From contig CAWBZV010000003.1 of assembly GCA_963793305.1 (NCBI GenBank), positions 192,001 through 256,000 on the forward strand: a DNA stretch of 64,000 nucleotides. Reading direction: 5' to 3'. Positions 63,484 through 64,000 of the stretch are shown here, piece by piece. The notes under the pieces were generated by a model that was not told the origin of the DNA, ran no database searches, and saw only the letters and a program-made list of their open reading frames with translations. Every line of letters starts with the position of its first letter. Position 1 is the stretch's first letter. This DNA is from an uncultured Gemmatimonadales bacterium (lineage in GTDB: Bacteria > Gemmatimonadota > Gemmatimonadetes > Gemmatimonadales > Gemmatimonadaceae). The translations under genes and the position numbers were made by a program.

Positions 63484-63511
63484 ATCGGTAGTCTATCCAG
63501 TGAATCAGGGG

Positions 63512-63557
63512 TTGACAAGGTAGAGAAATGTGCCTAGCATCATGACATATTGCTAGG
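63512..63557 (+). promoter_or_regulatory. Sigma70 promoter TTGACA-17-TAGCAT overlapped by palindrome CCTAGCA-N11-TGCTAGG
   Basis: Read directly in the divergent intergenic region. Confidence 0.7.
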
Positions 63558-63585
63558 TAGAATCGAAACCCCTTCGAGGTGTCCC

Positions 63586-64000
63586 ATGACTGTCCGATAT
63601 GGTTTCGCCGTCGCCAACGGCGCCTCCGTCTTCTATCGCGAAGCCGGTGATCCCAACGCTCCATCGCTACTCCTGCTGCACGGATTCCCGACCTCATCGC
63701 ACATGTTCCGCGACCTCATTCCGCTGCTCGCGGACCGCTACCATGTGGTCGCGCCCGATCTTCCCGGGTTCGGCTTTTCCGACTCGCCGAAACGCGCGAG
63801 ATTCAATGAGTTGGCCAAGACGGTGGACGCCTTCACCACCGCCGTCGGACTGACACGATTCGCGATCTACGTGTTCGACTACGGCGCGCCGGTCGGATTC
63901 CGTCTCGCGCTCGCGCATCCCGAGCGGATCACGGCCATCATCTCACAGAACGGCAACGCGTACGAGGAAGGCCTGAGCGCCGAGGGCTGGAATCCCATCC
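63586..64000 (+). CDS. Alpha/beta hydrolase (epoxide hydrolase/dehalogenase-like), runs off right edge
   Basis: Manual translation: [41 protein letters not shown]. Confidence 0.9.
   Translation, partial: MTVRYGFAVANGASVFYREAGDPNAPSLLLLHGFPTSSHMFRDLIPLLADRYHVVAPDLPGFGFSDSPKRARFNELAKTVDAFTTAVGLTRFAIYVFDYGAPVGFRLALAHPERITAIISQNGNAYEEGLSAEGWNPI

Overview
GC-rich bacterial chromosomal segment of about 60 densely packed genes; Gemmatimonadota-like by inference from the SusC/SusD-type pair, futalosine-pathway mqnD and gene style. Left to right it contains: a LacI-controlled glycan uptake locus (TonB-dependent receptor, GH144-like glucanase, ABC transporter, six-hairpin glycosidase-like protein); VIT1/CCC1, ORF6N and Lhr genes; penicillin acylase; a degenerate [FeFe]-hydrogenase-like membrane protein; a KimA-like APC transporter; patatin; SusC/SusD next to LytS/LytTR; ECF sigma/anti-sigma; mqnD; a GAF kinase/HD-GYP pair; histone-like proteins; a plasmid-type replication initiator in a chromosomal context; peptidases, Csp, NlpC/P60, NrtR, GH3, YggX and a desaturase; and a thioredoxin-NHL gene with an in-frame TGA in a UxxC motif followed by a SECIS-like hairpin (probable selenoprotein). 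About 13 frameshifts, each repaired by removing one base, were seen; 10 fall in just two sequence motifs, pointing to systematic, possibly methylation-linked, sequencing error rather than pseudogenes. No rRNA, tRNA, CRISPR array or transposase was recognised. All family calls are from motif recognition by eye, not database searches.
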